A stretch of 63,157 nucleotides of DNA, counting the filler, from Stramenopiles sp. TOSAG23-2 (Eukaryota): assembly GCA_900128395.1 (NCBI GenBank). It is 5 parts of 5 records of this genome, joined end to end, with 100 filler letters (N's around TTAATTAATTAA, not from the genome) between each part and the next. Parts side by side here need not be neighbours in the genome. Positions count along the whole stretch, not along the records: positions 1 to 28,997 come from LT649393.1; 4 more parts are not named here. One strand, 5' to 3'. The stretch's first letter is position 1. Every line of letters starts with the position of its first letter. Position numbers and translations under genes: made by a program. The notes under the pieces were generated by a model. It did no database searches and was not told the origin of the DNA. It was given only the letters and a program-made list of their open reading frames with translations. This document shows positions 1-11,665 of the stretch, piece after piece.

Positions 1-244
1 TACCACTACCTAGCCAGAAATCCCGTTGAATGTGACCTCAGGGAAGGTGCCTGAGTAATTATTCTAGAATTATACAATTATTATTATTATACCAGGCATA
101 GAAAGAAGCAAACAAACAAAAACTCACACACATAGATCTATGTAGACGACTTACCAAATATATATATCATCAATATACACGGAATTTCTCAACCCCATCC
201 TTATATATTATATATATATACACACACTGAAAGTCTTTTGCAAT

Positions 245-2356
245 ATGATACAATCAACCACGAAATGGAAACATTTTTTAATGAAAAATAATAAAAAATA
301 TACTAATAAAATATCTACATCTTTGAAATTCAATAATATCTTTTTAAATAATAAATCAATATGCAGCCATAAGAATAACTCAAACCGTTTGTTTAAGATA
401 TGCAATAAAACAAGGTATTTCTCAGCTGCTTCTGCTGCTGTTGATGTAAAAAATAAAAAAGCATCATCAGCAAATAACACATTTCATGATGCATTGACAA
501 ATCAAAACGTAGAGCAAGAGCAAAGTGCTAGAAAACAATTATTAAAAAATACAATAAAACAAGTTTGGCCAGATGATCCGAAAGAATGGGATTTAAAGAC
601 AGGCATAAAGCCACGAGTATTGCTTTCATTAAGTTGCATGTTAGGTGGCAAATTAATCATGATTCAAGTGCCATTTATTTTTAAAGATATTGTAGACAAA
701 TTAGCAGTCAATGCCCCAGTGGTTGATCAAACAATATCCGACATAGCAACCACTGCAGTACCAATGAGTTTATTATTAGGTTACGGCATTGCAAGGAGTT
801 CTGCATTTGGATTTCAAGAAGCTCGCAATGCGATTTTTGCAAGTGTTTCCCAACCGGCTGTTCGGCGCGTTGCACGAGGGGTATTTCGCCATTTACATGC
901 TTTGGACATGTCATTCCATTTAAATAGACAAACTGGTGCGTTAACACGCGTATTAGACCGTGGTTCTAGGAGTATTTCCTTTGTCATGTCTGCATTAGTA
1001 TTTAATGTTGTACCAACGATGTTGGAACTTGGTATTGTATGTGGTATATTGACACATCAAATTGGCAGTGAATATGCATTATGTTGTATTGGAACTATTG
1101 GTGCATATATAGGATGGACGTTAGGGATCACGCAATGGCGCACTAAATTTCGAGTGGAGATGAATGCATTGGAAAACGAAGCAAGCAGTAAAGCAGTCGA
1201 TTCATTGATTAATTATGAAACAGTGAAATATTTTAACAATGAAGATTATGAAACAAATAGATACGACAGTTCATTGAAAGGATATCAATTTGCTGCAAGG
1301 AAAACACAAACATCCTTATCGTTATTGAATTTTGGCCAACATTGTATTTTTAGTGCAGGAATGACAGCTATGATGGTCATGGCGGCACACGGAGTTGCGG
1401 ATGGAAATATGACAGTTGGTGATTTAGTACTAGTAAATGGTTTATTGTTTCAATTATCATTGCCATTAAATTTTGTTGGAAGTGTATATAGGGAAGTACG
1501 ACAAGCGTTAATAGATATGGATCAAATGTTTACATTGACACAGCAACAACCAGATATTATCGATAAGGAACATGCAAAAAGTTTGGCTTTAAAAGGATGC
1601 GATATAGAATTTAATAATATTGATTTTGCATATTCCGATGCAAAAGAACGAATGATATTTAACGGCTTGACATTTAATGTACCAGCCGGTAAAACAGTTG
1701 CTGTTGTAGGTGGTAGTGGAAGTGGAAAATCAACAATATTGCGCTTGTTATATCGCTTTTTTGAATCTGATAATGGTACCATTAAAATTGATGGCCAGGA
1801 TATAACAGATGCATATGTACAAGATTTAAGAAGTTCCATTGGTGTGATTCCACAAGATTGTGTATTATTTAATGATACCATTTTTAACAATATTCATTAT
1901 GGTAATTTTGATGCAACTGATGAGGAAGTGTACCAAGCAGCAAAAGATGCAAGAATACATGATGCTATTGCGAATTTTCCAGAAAAATATAATACCAAAG
2001 TTGGTGAAAGGGGTTTAAAGTTGAGTGGTGGGGAGAAACAACGAATAGCAATAGCACGTGCGATATTGAAAGATGCACCAATATTAGTATGCGACGAAGC
2101 AACAAGTGCACTTGATGGTGAAACGGAACGTCAGATAATCGATACATTGCGTAGTATAAGTCATGATAGAACTACTATTGTGATTGCACATCGACTTTCA
2201 ACGGTACAACATGCTGATTTGATCATTGTATTAGGAGATGGTAAAGTTGCTGAAATGGGAGCACCAAATAAATTATTGCAAAATAAAGATGGATTGTATT
2301 ATGAAATGTGGAATAGACAACAACAACAAGATCAAGATGCATTATTATTTATATAA
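245..2356 (+). CDS. ATM1: Mitochondrial ABC half-transporter ATM1/ABCB7 (Fe-S/glutathione export)
   Basis: Basic N-terminal presequence, TM domain with FHLNRQTG and [12 protein letters not shown], Walker [10 protein letters not shown], signature [24 protein letters not shown]. Confidence 0.95.
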   Translation: MIQSTTKWKHFLMKNNKKYTNKISTSLKFNNIFLNNKSICSHKNNSNRLFKICNKTRYFSAASAAVDVKNKKASSANNTFHDALTNQNVEQEQSARKQLLKNTIKQVWPDDPKEWDLKTGIKPRVLLSLSCMLGGKLIMIQVPFIFKDIVDKLAVNAPVVDQTISDIATTAVPMSLLLGYGIARSSAFGFQEARNAIFASVSQPAVRRVARGVFRHLHALDMSFHLNRQTGALTRVLDRGSRSISFVMSALVFNVVPTMLELGIVCGILTHQIGSEYALCCIGTIGAYIGWTLGITQWRTKFRVEMNALENEASSKAVDSLINYETVKYFNNEDYETNRYDSSLKGYQFAARKTQTSLSLLNFGQHCIFSAGMTAMMVMAAHGVADGNMTVGDLVLVNGLLFQLSLPLNFVGSVYREVRQALIDMDQMFTLTQQQPDIIDKEHAKSLALKGCDIEFNNIDFAYSDAKERMIFNGLTFNVPAGKTVAVVGGSGSGKSTILRLLYRFFESDNGTIKIDGQDITDAYVQDLRSSIGVIPQDCVLFNDTIFNNIHYGNFDATDEEVYQAAKDARIHDAIANFPEKYNTKVGERGLKLSGGEKQRIAIARAILKDAPILVCDEATSALDGETERQIIDTLRSISHDRTTIVIAHRLSTVQHADLIIVLGDGKVAEMGAPNKLLQNKDGLYYEMWNRQQQQDQDALLFI

Positions 2357-2812
2357 ATAATTGAAATGATACTGCGCTGCTGCCACGAGACGGATGAGAT
2401 AAAATATTTTTTAAATAAATATATAATATCTTTATTGCGAGGGTATAAATAATAAATAATATTGATGATTAATTAAAAATAAAGGGGTAGCGAGAGAGTT
2501 GTGTGCTTATGTTATGATATGCATACGTATGATACGCATGTATCATACTATGATATTCGTATCATACGTGAGCAGTAATACTTGTTGTTCGTACACGTAT
2601 GATATCATACGAACTTCGTATTTAAAAAAAAAATGTGCGAGAGAAACTCTATTAGTTGGTACATACACGCATGTAATGTGTGTTGGTTTTTGTGTAATAA
2701 AGGGGTAAATATTTTTTTTAAAACGGTGTAAAAAATTAAGTTCAAATATAATCCACCTCTTTTTATTTATTATATCGTAAAATATTAAAGTTTTCACTCT
2801 CTCCCCTTCTCT

Positions 2813-4045
2813 TTAATTCTTCGCTTTATGAACAATTGAATGAAACAATTCCCTAATAACATTAACAACTGCTTTTGTTGATGTTTCATCTGCTATCCTA
2901 TGAGTAGTACGTGCATGATATGCTTCCTCAAACTTTTTACATTGGATTTCAGATGCTTCCACAGCTAATTTAGCATTATCAGCTAATAATTTATAAGTCC
3001 AATCACCATCACCATCACTTAATGCATTTAATGCATCAACAGCACGTTGATGTGTCTTTTTCATATCTTCATATGATTCCTCTGCTTTTTCAAGTTGTGC
3101 ATCTAACATTTGAAATTCCACTTCTAAGCGTGACATTTCTTTTTCATATAAGCCTTTACTTGAGAATTTTTGCTTTTTATGAGTCTCTCTTGCTATTTTC
3201 ATTTTTTGTTTTAACTCTTTTAACAATGCATCCATCCCTTCTGGCATCCCATCACCACCTTTACTTTTCATAATTTTAGGTTGCTTGGTCATTTCTGCTG
3301 CTGGATCACTTTCTGCTTTTGGGTTTAAACTTTTCGATACACGTCTTAATAAACGATGTATTTCTGTTGTACCTTTTGATGCTTGTACTTCCAATAAAGA
3401 CGTTAATTCTTTTTTAGTAGCCGCATTAGCATCTTTCTCATCGCCAGTGGTTGCTTTCATAGCTGCCTTCATTTTAGCAGTACCTTCCAATAAATATTTT
3501 TCCACTGCTTCGACTAAATCAACGTTATCCTTCATGACTGCATGGTGAACAGTAAATTGATGTTCCTCTGCTTTGCGTTGGTTCTTTAAAACACTAATGG
3601 TGCGGTTTAAATTAGATATACTATTGCGTAGCGCGTCACATTTTTTACGTGCTAATTCTACTTGATTGCCACTTTTGCCTGCTGCTGCTAAATCTTCTTT
3701 CACTTTCTGTGTAGCAGTTTTCATATTTGACAAGTCTTCTTCCATTGCTTTTGTCTCGCTTTTCAGTTCCGTTTTGCACCTTTCCATTAATTTCTTGTAT
3801 ATTTCTTCATCTTTCTTTTGGTCGTTTCTCATATCCAAAACAACTTTACCAAGTGTATCTATCATGACTTGTGCAGGTGATTTTTTCCCTTTGAAATCCA
3901 TTGGAAATTCATCTTCATTTGGATCTGCAGCTCCAGACGCACCAGACGCACCAGATGGTTCTTCTCTTATTTGTATTGCACGTGTGCAACTAATTCCTAA
4001 TACCACTATTAACACTATCAAAATGTATTTTTTTAAGAAAGACAT
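2813..4045 (-). CDS. Secreted coiled-coil protein, unknown function
   Basis: 410-aa ORF; hydrophobic signal peptide, SGASGASGA linker, long heptad-rich helices, SLLEV motif. Confidence 0.75.
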   Translation of the reverse strand: MSFLKKYILIVLIVVLGISCTRAIQIREEPSGASGASGAADPNEDEFPMDFKGKKSPAQVMIDTLGKVVLDMRNDQKKDEEIYKKLMERCKTELKSETKAMEEDLSNMKTATQKVKEDLAAAGKSGNQVELARKKCDALRNSISNLNRTISVLKNQRKAEEHQFTVHHAVMKDNVDLVEAVEKYLLEGTAKMKAAMKATTGDEKDANAATKKELTSLLEVQASKGTTEIHRLLRRVSKSLNPKAESDPAAEMTKQPKIMKSKGGDGMPEGMDALLKELKQKMKIARETHKKQKFSSKGLYEKEMSRLEVEFQMLDAQLEKAEESYEDMKKTHQRAVDALNALSDGDGDWTYKLLADNAKLAVEASEIQCKKFEEAYHARTTHRIADETSTKAVVNVIRELFHSIVHKAKN

Positions 4046-4978
4046 TTTTTTTTTTTTTAAATTTTGTTTTGTTTTATAAATATATACTATGTCTTCCTCA
4101 GAAAACTATACGTATATCTACCTGAAACTAATAAATACAATATATAAATATATCTATATATCTATCTATATCTAGCTATAAATGTATACAATTTCACTGA
4201 TACAGAGGAAATATATATTGAATGTCCATCGTGTATTGACCATCTCTCTTCTAATATTGATAAATAGCCCCCCTTTTTTATATTTGTGTGTGTGTGTGTG
4301 AAGAGGACTTTCGATTTATAATGCATGCTGTGTAGTTCTAGCGTTCGCAGGTGTTGGAGCCAAACTATTAATACCACCAGGCACATCCCAGCTCCCAACT
4401 GGGCCAACAGCGCAGCAGCACCGCGCCCAATAAGCAATGGTATGTCTATAGTAATAAAATATGATAGGGAAGAAACGGTAGTCTTATATGATTTTAGTAG
4501 GAGGAGAGAGACTCACAGAACTCAGAAACTTATCTCTGCTATTTTTTTATTTTTTACCTATCTATCTTAATTGTTATACTTATTAGACTCTAAACGTTCA
4601 AAATAGCTAAAGAAAGCCTAGATAGCCTTGATGAATCAAGTGGATTATTACGTATTAGTATGATATAATTAGCACAAATTTGTGAGAGGATCAGAGCACA
4701 CAAAATAAAAACGTTAGCTGGTTAGCCTGATTTGGAAAGCAGGGCAGCAAAATTGTTGAGAGATAAACATATAACATGTAAATATAATTAGATAAAAGTA
4801 TTAGTATTATTTATAATACTACTACAACAAAACAATATCAAAATATATCTATCCAAACAGAAAATATATAGTAGAAAACAAAGTTCATATAAACAGAATA
4901 TATGAATATAAAAAATTTAGAAAGAATCAATATTGGAAAACAAAGTTTAAAATAAACAGAATATACGAGCAGAACAAT

Positions 4979-6997
4979 ATGAATATATGGACGGGACCAA
5001 GTTGTCTTGCACAGGATATATCTAAATTCGATGAGGAACGTGCATTTAAACCAGAAGCGTTGAAGAAAAGAAATTTTAATGAAAAACGTAATTTAGGACG
5101 TAGTATGCGAAGAAATAATCATCGTCCATTGCCTACTTTAGCATCATTAAATCCGAATTCACTTTTTGGTGGCGTAACGCCACAAAAAAGACGTAACAAG
5201 AAGAAGAAACGTGGGCGAATGATAGGAGGAGGAGGAGGAAATTCTCCATATGAAACCAACAATAATAAAAATGATAGTTTTAAACCAATGCCAACAATAA
5301 ATACTGCCCGTAGTGATAAAGCATCTCCAGAAACTGCTAGAGCATTACCATTTATAGGTAAACAAAATAAAAACCAAACAGTCATATTGAAATACGATAA
5401 GGAAAACACGACACCAACAAAAGGTGGGGAAAGAGATGGAAATCAGCAAAAAAAATGGTACGAGAAAAAAAATGATGGCAAAAAAAAACAAACAGAAAAA
5501 CAGCAAAATGTTATGGCTGCACCAGGTAAAAAAAAGAAAGTTTTAACAACTGAACCTGCTACACCAACACGTCTAGATTTAGGAAATGAAACAATTGGTA
5601 CAAATAATGATAATGATGTTGAAAATCGTAGTAATAGTATTAATAACTTTTTAAATGGTAATGCACATGAGAATAATGCTAAAATTTTAACGACACCATT
5701 TCAACAATCAAATAGGGAAAGTAAAATGGCCGATGATGATGATGATGATGATGAAGAAGAAGGAAAGTTCGAAGAAAAAGTGGAAAAAAATGGTGATTAT
5801 CAAGCTAACAACGAAGACTATAATAATAATAATAATAATAATGAACAAGAAGCAGAAGAACCGGAGGAACAAGAAGACGTTTGGGAAGGGTATGATCATT
5901 CACATCTAGAAGGAAGAGAATATGTAGAAGGTGACGGGCAAATACAATATGATGAATATGGTGGTTATTACGATGAACATGGCCAATATTATGATTCCCA
6001 TGGAGGATATTATGATGAAAATGGTGAATATGTATATCCAGAAAATTATCAACATGATGATAATGAACATTATGAAAATCATGATATGGAAGGTAAAGAA
6101 GAAGAGGTTTACGATGATAATAATAATACTAATAGTGAAGGTAAAACAAGTGACGATTATGACGAAAATTATCAGCATAATGATAACCACAACAACAATA
6201 CGACATATAAAGAAATGGATCAACATGAAGGAAGATATACACCATATAAACATGGTAGAAAACCAAATGTATCACCATTACGAAGTCCATATCCACGCAA
6301 TGATAATACAGAAAGTAAATCAAATGATGATGCTGATGATGATTATTACAACAACCGTGGATGCGAAGGGAAAGAGCAAGAAAAAGAACAAGAGGAAGAA
6401 GGCGCAACTGCGAGAAGAGTACGTACAATGTTTCAATCTGATCGAAGTCCAGCACAAACTTTAACTGGTAGAAATCGTGTAGAAAAGAAATTTCGTCCAA
6501 AAACACCATCTAATATGGAAAAACAACAATCAAAGCAAGCAATGCAAAAATCCATGCGTCCAGGTGCTGGAAGAAGATTTGTACGGCGTGGAAAAGGAAA
6601 TAGTAATAAAAATAATAATAAATCAGTAGGAGATAACTATGAAGTTAATAATGCATGGGCAGTCGTATTTAGTCGTGCACGTCATGGTCGAATTGAAGAA
6701 GTTCGTACTGCGTTGGAAAATGGAATGCCTGTAAATGCAAGGGATCCACATGGCAATACACTTGTAATGGTTGCATGTCAAAATGGTCAAAAACGTATTG
6801 TAAAATTAGCGTTGCGATATAATGCTGAATTAAACTTAAGAAATAGAAGTGGTAATACGGCATTGCACTTTTGTTTTATGTATGCATATTATAATTTAGG
6901 GGAATATTTAATAAGTAAAGGTGCAGATGATCAAATATTAAATTTATCACATCAAAATTGTTATGAAGCTGGCGAATCTGGTCCATCTGGGTTGTAA
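4979..6997 (+). CDS. Low-complexity protein with C-terminal ankyrin repeats
   Basis: C-terminal FSRARHGR, DPHGNTLVMVACQNG, NRSGNTALHFC; central acidic YDExGxYYD repeats. Confidence 0.85.
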   Translation: MNIWTGPSCLAQDISKFDEERAFKPEALKKRNFNEKRNLGRSMRRNNHRPLPTLASLNPNSLFGGVTPQKRRNKKKKRGRMIGGGGGNSPYETNNNKNDSFKPMPTINTARSDKASPETARALPFIGKQNKNQTVILKYDKENTTPTKGGERDGNQQKKWYEKKNDGKKKQTEKQQNVMAAPGKKKKVLTTEPATPTRLDLGNETIGTNNDNDVENRSNSINNFLNGNAHENNAKILTTPFQQSNRESKMADDDDDDDEEEGKFEEKVEKNGDYQANNEDYNNNNNNNEQEAEEPEEQEDVWEGYDHSHLEGREYVEGDGQIQYDEYGGYYDEHGQYYDSHGGYYDENGEYVYPENYQHDDNEHYENHDMEGKEEEVYDDNNNTNSEGKTSDDYDENYQHNDNHNNNTTYKEMDQHEGRYTPYKHGRKPNVSPLRSPYPRNDNTESKSNDDADDDYYNNRGCEGKEQEKEQEEEGATARRVRTMFQSDRSPAQTLTGRNRVEKKFRPKTPSNMEKQQSKQAMQKSMRPGAGRRFVRRGKGNSNKNNNKSVGDNYEVNNAWAVVFSRARHGRIEEVRTALENGMPVNARDPHGNTLVMVACQNGQKRIVKLALRYNAELNLRNRSGNTALHFCFMYAYYNLGEYLISKGADDQILNLSHQNCYEAGESGPSGL

Positions 6998-7707
6998 ACA
7001 ATTGGTTGAGAGTTTGTGTGTATATTTCTTTTTTTACTCGTATATAATATGTTAAATAAAATTTGTATTATTCGTACGTAAAATTGTCAAAAATATAAAA
7101 AATAAAAAATAATTAATATGTGTGCGTGTGTAAAAAAGAGAGATATATACGGCACCGTAAATTTTTAAATAGTGCAATACGCGAGTAAAAAAATTTAATG
7201 AAGTTCCTTTTTTGTGCCTTTTAGAAAAAAAATATCGAGAAGAGAGGAACTAGAACACACACACAGGTAGAGCTCTAGCGCTACGTAGCTCTAGCTAGCT
7301 CTACTACGTAATGCTGTGTTGGGCGTAAAACGTAAACATATAGGAAAATACCAAATTTAAGTATAAAAACTAGCAAAACTGAAAAAACGAAGATGTGATT
7401 GGTCATTTTTTAGCTCTTACAAATATTTAATATAGGCTTGTATAGAATTGTCATCGAGACGGCAAACAACTAGATAGATATATACAAATTGACAACAATC
7501 ACAACAATTTATATATTAAACTTATACTGATTGTTATTATTATTCTAAATAATCGATTCGTTATCGTTATTTTTAAAACATACATTAAGATTATATCTAC
7601 ATTACAGGTCTATTAATCTATTGTTTTAGTTGTAGAAGGAATATTAATATTTTGATTTGGTTTAAAATATTATATATATTTATTTATAACGGAATTTTAA
7701 TAAAAAC

Positions 7708-10700
7708 ATGAAGAATATTTCAAACAAAATTGTAGTTTCCATATTAACCATCATCATTTATTGTATCACTGATTTTTCCCTATTAAGTGATAATCACAAT
7801 GATGGAAAGCCATTATTATTTGCAAATGCTATTATTGGTGGTAAACCAGCATCTGGTCTTTCCTCTGAAATTGTAGTAAATATTAATGGCAATTGTGCTG
7901 GTGTATTTTTAGATCAAAACCATGTATTAACGGTTGCGTCTTGTCTTGTGAATAAAACGTTATCTGGCGAACCGACGTTGAAACCAGAACAGGTTACTGT
8001 GTATCATCATTGTTTACATGCACCATGGGAAGCAAAAGCATGTGGAAACTCGGTCAAAGCAAAGAAAATTATGTTACATCCATGTTATGAAGGAAGACAT
8101 ATTGGAACACATGATATTGCAGTTATATGGTTAAACGAGACGATATCTGCGTTTAATAATAATTTAACTTTGCATCTAGATGGCTGGAATACTAACACAA
8201 TCTTTCCAATTTTAGATGATTCATACAACCCTAATATAGTCCAAGATACATACGTTAAATTTCAAGGATGGGGTGACATATCGTATGATATTAATAATGG
8301 AAATCCAATCAAAGCAAGTGGTTTATATGAAACTGAAATTGAATTTGTAAATACATCTTTTTGTAAAAATGATTATGTAGATCAACACGATACGAGCAGA
8401 TATCATACATTGTTAGATTTTGATATACCACGGAAATTTTGTGTTGGTACTGGTGAAAGTAATGCGCCATTTGGTTGCGCAGAACAAGGTACTGGTAGTG
8501 GAGATGAAGGTGGCCCATTATTTAAATTACCTTTCCCGCCAACAACTGTTAATGCTGATGCGTCCTTATCGTCCTCATCACGTCCAACCTTGTTAGGATT
8601 ATTTTCTTCCATGACGCCTGTTATTTTAAATGGAAATGCACTTGGAGATCGTTGCAACGCCGTCGGGAGACGTAGTGTTTTTACTCGTATTGCATATTAT
8701 CGTGGTTGGGTTGTTGAAACGATGATTACAAAAGATGCTGGTTTTTGCAATCCATCACAGCGTTATAAATCTCCATTAGATTGCCCAGCTGGAGAATGGG
8801 GTAGTATCAAAGGCTGCAAGCAATGTCCGAAAGGTAGATATGGTTCGATTTCTAATTTACATAGCGCAGATTGTAGCGGTGTTTGCTTGCCTGGATACTT
8901 TTGTGAACGTGGATCCATCACACCAACTGAAACGAAATGCGATGAACCGAAACATTTTTGCCCACTTGGTACGCCAAAAGTAGCAACCACAGCAGATGGA
9001 TATTATGCAGTAGATGCAAATAAAGTTTCAGATCCACAAATTGCACCGAGTGAAATTGATGTAAGATGGCCAAATGATAGATTGGATTTATTAACGAAAA
9101 AAGACATTTTATATATAAACCAACGAAAATGTGAGCCAGGTCATTATTGTATTGATGGAGTCAAAACACCATGTCCAGTTGGGACATATGGCCATGAACA
9201 TGGCTTATCATTACGTAGTTGTGACGGCCCATGTTTTGCAGGATTTTATTGCCCATTAGGCACCGTAGACCCTTTAAAATGCTTGCCTGGAAATTGGTGC
9301 GATGGTAATGCATCCATTCCATGTCCAACTGGTAGGTATGGTTCAGTTGAAAATTTAGGCAACCCAAAATGCAGCGGCGCATGTATTCCTGGATATTATT
9401 GCCCAAAAGGTTCCATAAGCAATACAGAAAAACCATGTCCAGCAGGTACATATGGTTCAAAACATGGATTAGGCTCATCCGCCTGTAGTGGTGAATGTTT
9501 AGAAGGATATTACTGCCCAGTCACATCGACGAAACGAAACCAAAATGAATGTGGCAATCCTAAATTTTTTTGTCCAGCAGGATCGCCTGCACCAATACCA
9601 GTGTGGAAAGGTTACTTCTCGCAAGGTGGCAATGTGGATGGTACAACTAGGGTAAATCAAACGAAATGTCCAAAAGGTTCGTTTTGTAAATTTGGTTTAA
9701 GATTCGATTGCCCTGCAGGGCAATATGGAAATGAGCTTGGATTGATAATAAATTCATGCAGCGGAAAAGCTGCTCCTGGGTATTATACTCCACCTGGATC
9801 TACTAGCGCAACGCAAAAGCAATGCCCTGCTGGTAGGTATGGTACTGGTGGAAATATTGATGAAAAATGCACTGGACCATGTGCGAAAGGCCATTACTGT
9901 CCAAAAAATTCCACCAATGCAACGCAAAGTAAATGCCCAGCTGGTCGATATGGTGATATTGAAGGGCTGCAAAGCGATGAATGTAGCGTCAATTGCTATT
10001 TAGATACGAAAGATGATGACAATGCAATGTACACTACAAATGCATTATGTACGGAAAGTAAATGCACAGAAGGATATTATTGCCCTCCAGGATCGATAAG
10101 TTCACGTGAACATAAATGTGGTAATATAAGTGTATATTGCCCAATTGGCAGTGGCTTGCCTACGATTGCAAAACCAGGATATTATACAGTAAACGGTGAA
10201 GTAGTTATTGGACAAATATCAACTGTAGTATCTGATGAAGCAACACGTTCACACGTTTTAATTTGCCCCAAAGGTCATTATTGTTTTGCTGGTGTGAAAA
10301 AACCATGCCCACGAGGTAAATATGGTGCGACAAAAGGTTTATCAACTTCCAATTGCACTGGTGATGTAGATCCAGGATATTGGAGTGGTGAAGGTGCAAT
10401 AATTGTACGAAGCAGAAAATGTTTCCCTGGGCGATATAGTTCAATCCCTGGAAGCACTTCAGGTGAATGCCAAGGTTCATGCCTACCTGGATATTATTGC
10501 CCACCTGCATCGATATCAAACAGCCAAAAACATTGTGGCCATGCTAAATATTTTTGTCCAGAAGGTAGTGGTAGTCCATCCATCGCATCAAGGGGTTATT
10601 ATACCGTAGATATGCATTTAGAAAACAAAACAACATCGCAAACAACCAGAACGACCCAATTGCATTGTCCGATTGGCTCATATTGCGTGAATGGTGTTAG

Positions 10701-10980
10701 AAAAGTTTGTCCAGCTGGTAAATATGGCCGTACCAAAGGTTTAACAACAAGTAAATGTTCCGGGAAGTGTTTAAAAGGTTATTATTGCCCACAAGAAAGT
10801 TCATACCCAAGTCAAACATTACGTTTAGATATTGCAGCGAATAATATGAAACCATGTCCAAAAGGTAAATACCAAGACGAATTAGGTGGTCGAAAAGTAG
10901 AAGATTGTAAATATTGCCAAACTGGATATGAATGCTTACCAGCAAGTATTAATGCATTTGGTAAGCAAGTTTGGCATTGA
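7708..10980 (+). CDS. Secreted trypsin-like (S1) pseudoprotease fused to many Cys-rich GCC2/GCC3-like repeats
   Basis: Signal peptide, IIGG mature N-terminus, CAG, VLTVASC, HDIAVI, GWG, GDEGGPL, FTRI; then repeated CPxGxYG...CSGxCxxGYYCPxGS units. Confidence 0.85.
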   Translation: MKNISNKIVVSILTIIIYCITDFSLLSDNHNDGKPLLFANAIIGGKPASGLSSEIVVNINGNCAGVFLDQNHVLTVASCLVNKTLSGEPTLKPEQVTVYHHCLHAPWEAKACGNSVKAKKIMLHPCYEGRHIGTHDIAVIWLNETISAFNNNLTLHLDGWNTNTIFPILDDSYNPNIVQDTYVKFQGWGDISYDINNGNPIKASGLYETEIEFVNTSFCKNDYVDQHDTSRYHTLLDFDIPRKFCVGTGESNAPFGCAEQGTGSGDEGGPLFKLPFPPTTVNADASLSSSSRPTLLGLFSSMTPVILNGNALGDRCNAVGRRSVFTRIAYYRGWVVETMITKDAGFCNPSQRYKSPLDCPAGEWGSIKGCKQCPKGRYGSISNLHSADCSGVCLPGYFCERGSITPTETKCDEPKHFCPLGTPKVATTADGYYAVDANKVSDPQIAPSEIDVRWPNDRLDLLTKKDILYINQRKCEPGHYCIDGVKTPCPVGTYGHEHGLSLRSCDGPCFAGFYCPLGTVDPLKCLPGNWCDGNASIPCPTGRYGSVENLGNPKCSGACIPGYYCPKGSISNTEKPCPAGTYGSKHGLGSSACSGECLEGYYCPVTSTKRNQNECGNPKFFCPAGSPAPIPVWKGYFSQGGNVDGTTRVNQTKCPKGSFCKFGLRFDCPAGQYGNELGLIINSCSGKAAPGYYTPPGSTSATQKQCPAGRYGTGGNIDEKCTGPCAKGHYCPKNSTNATQSKCPAGRYGDIEGLQSDECSVNCYLDTKDDDNAMYTTNALCTESKCTEGYYCPPGSISSREHKCGNISVYCPIGSGLPTIAKPGYYTVNGEVVIGQISTVVSDEATRSHVLICPKGHYCFAGVKKPCPRGKYGATKGLSTSNCTGDVDPGYWSGEGAIIVRSRKCFPGRYSSIPGSTSGECQGSCLPGYYCPPASISNSQKHCGHAKYFCPEGSGSPSIASRGYYTVDMHLENKTTSQTTRTTQLHCPIGSYCVNGVRKVCPAGKYGRTKGLTTSKCSGKCLKGYYCPQESSYPSQTLRLDIAANNMKPCPKGKYQDELGGRKVEDCKYCQTGYECLPASINAFGKQVWH

Positions 10981-11219
10981 GTAGAGCAGTAAGATAATAC
11001 ATATATACTAAAACCGTATTCATAATGTGTGTGGTACATAATTTGTGTTATGTGTGAGAGAGAGAGAGTGTGTAATTGAATATATAAATGTAATAATGGA
11101 CATAATAATTTTTGAATGATTTCAACAACTTATAGTGGTCTCTCTTTTCTTGCGTGTTTTCTAAAAAACCTTAACACGCTGGCATAAATTTAAATTTCAG
11201 TGCGCTCTGGCCCGCTGGT

Positions 11220-11227
11220 GCGCCAAA
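11220..11227 (-). promoter_or_regulatory. Candidate E2F site (TTTGGCGC) upstream of RRM1
   Basis: GCGCCAAA on + equals TTTGGCGC (TTTSSCGC consensus), about 440 bp upstream of the RRM1 ATG, in a small GC-rich patch. Confidence 0.35.
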
Positions 11228-11665
11228 AAGAATCTTAATCTTTTTGTTGCTTCTAGAATTTTTTTGAATTTTATACAGTTATTATTATTTTCAATTAGAA
11301 TGCAAATAGCATGATGAAATTGTTTTAGGCGGCAATGTGTATTGCTAATTCCATCGTATAATATCAAAGCTGTCATTAATGGTATTTCCATGCTATACGC
11401 ACAAAATATTTCATCAATGACTTACCAAAATTAACATAGAAATACGTACTAGAATCTATAATGTTGGTTTGAATATATATATATTTTTAGAAGAAATAGA
11501 ACAAATGTCAAGAGATGTACAGATTCATATATATATATATATATATACAGATATATATATAAATAAAGTAAGAAGATTGCAAATTCAAGAATATAATAAT
11601 ATAACAATAATAGTTATTTAAATAAAACATAAAACATACACACACATATATATATATTTTAAAAG

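Noticed and set aside
5708..6509. Short hydrophobic antisense and alternate-frame ORFs (poly-Ile/Leu/Met), here and throughout the ORF track
   Set aside because: Shadows of AAT/GAT codon repeats in the real genes.
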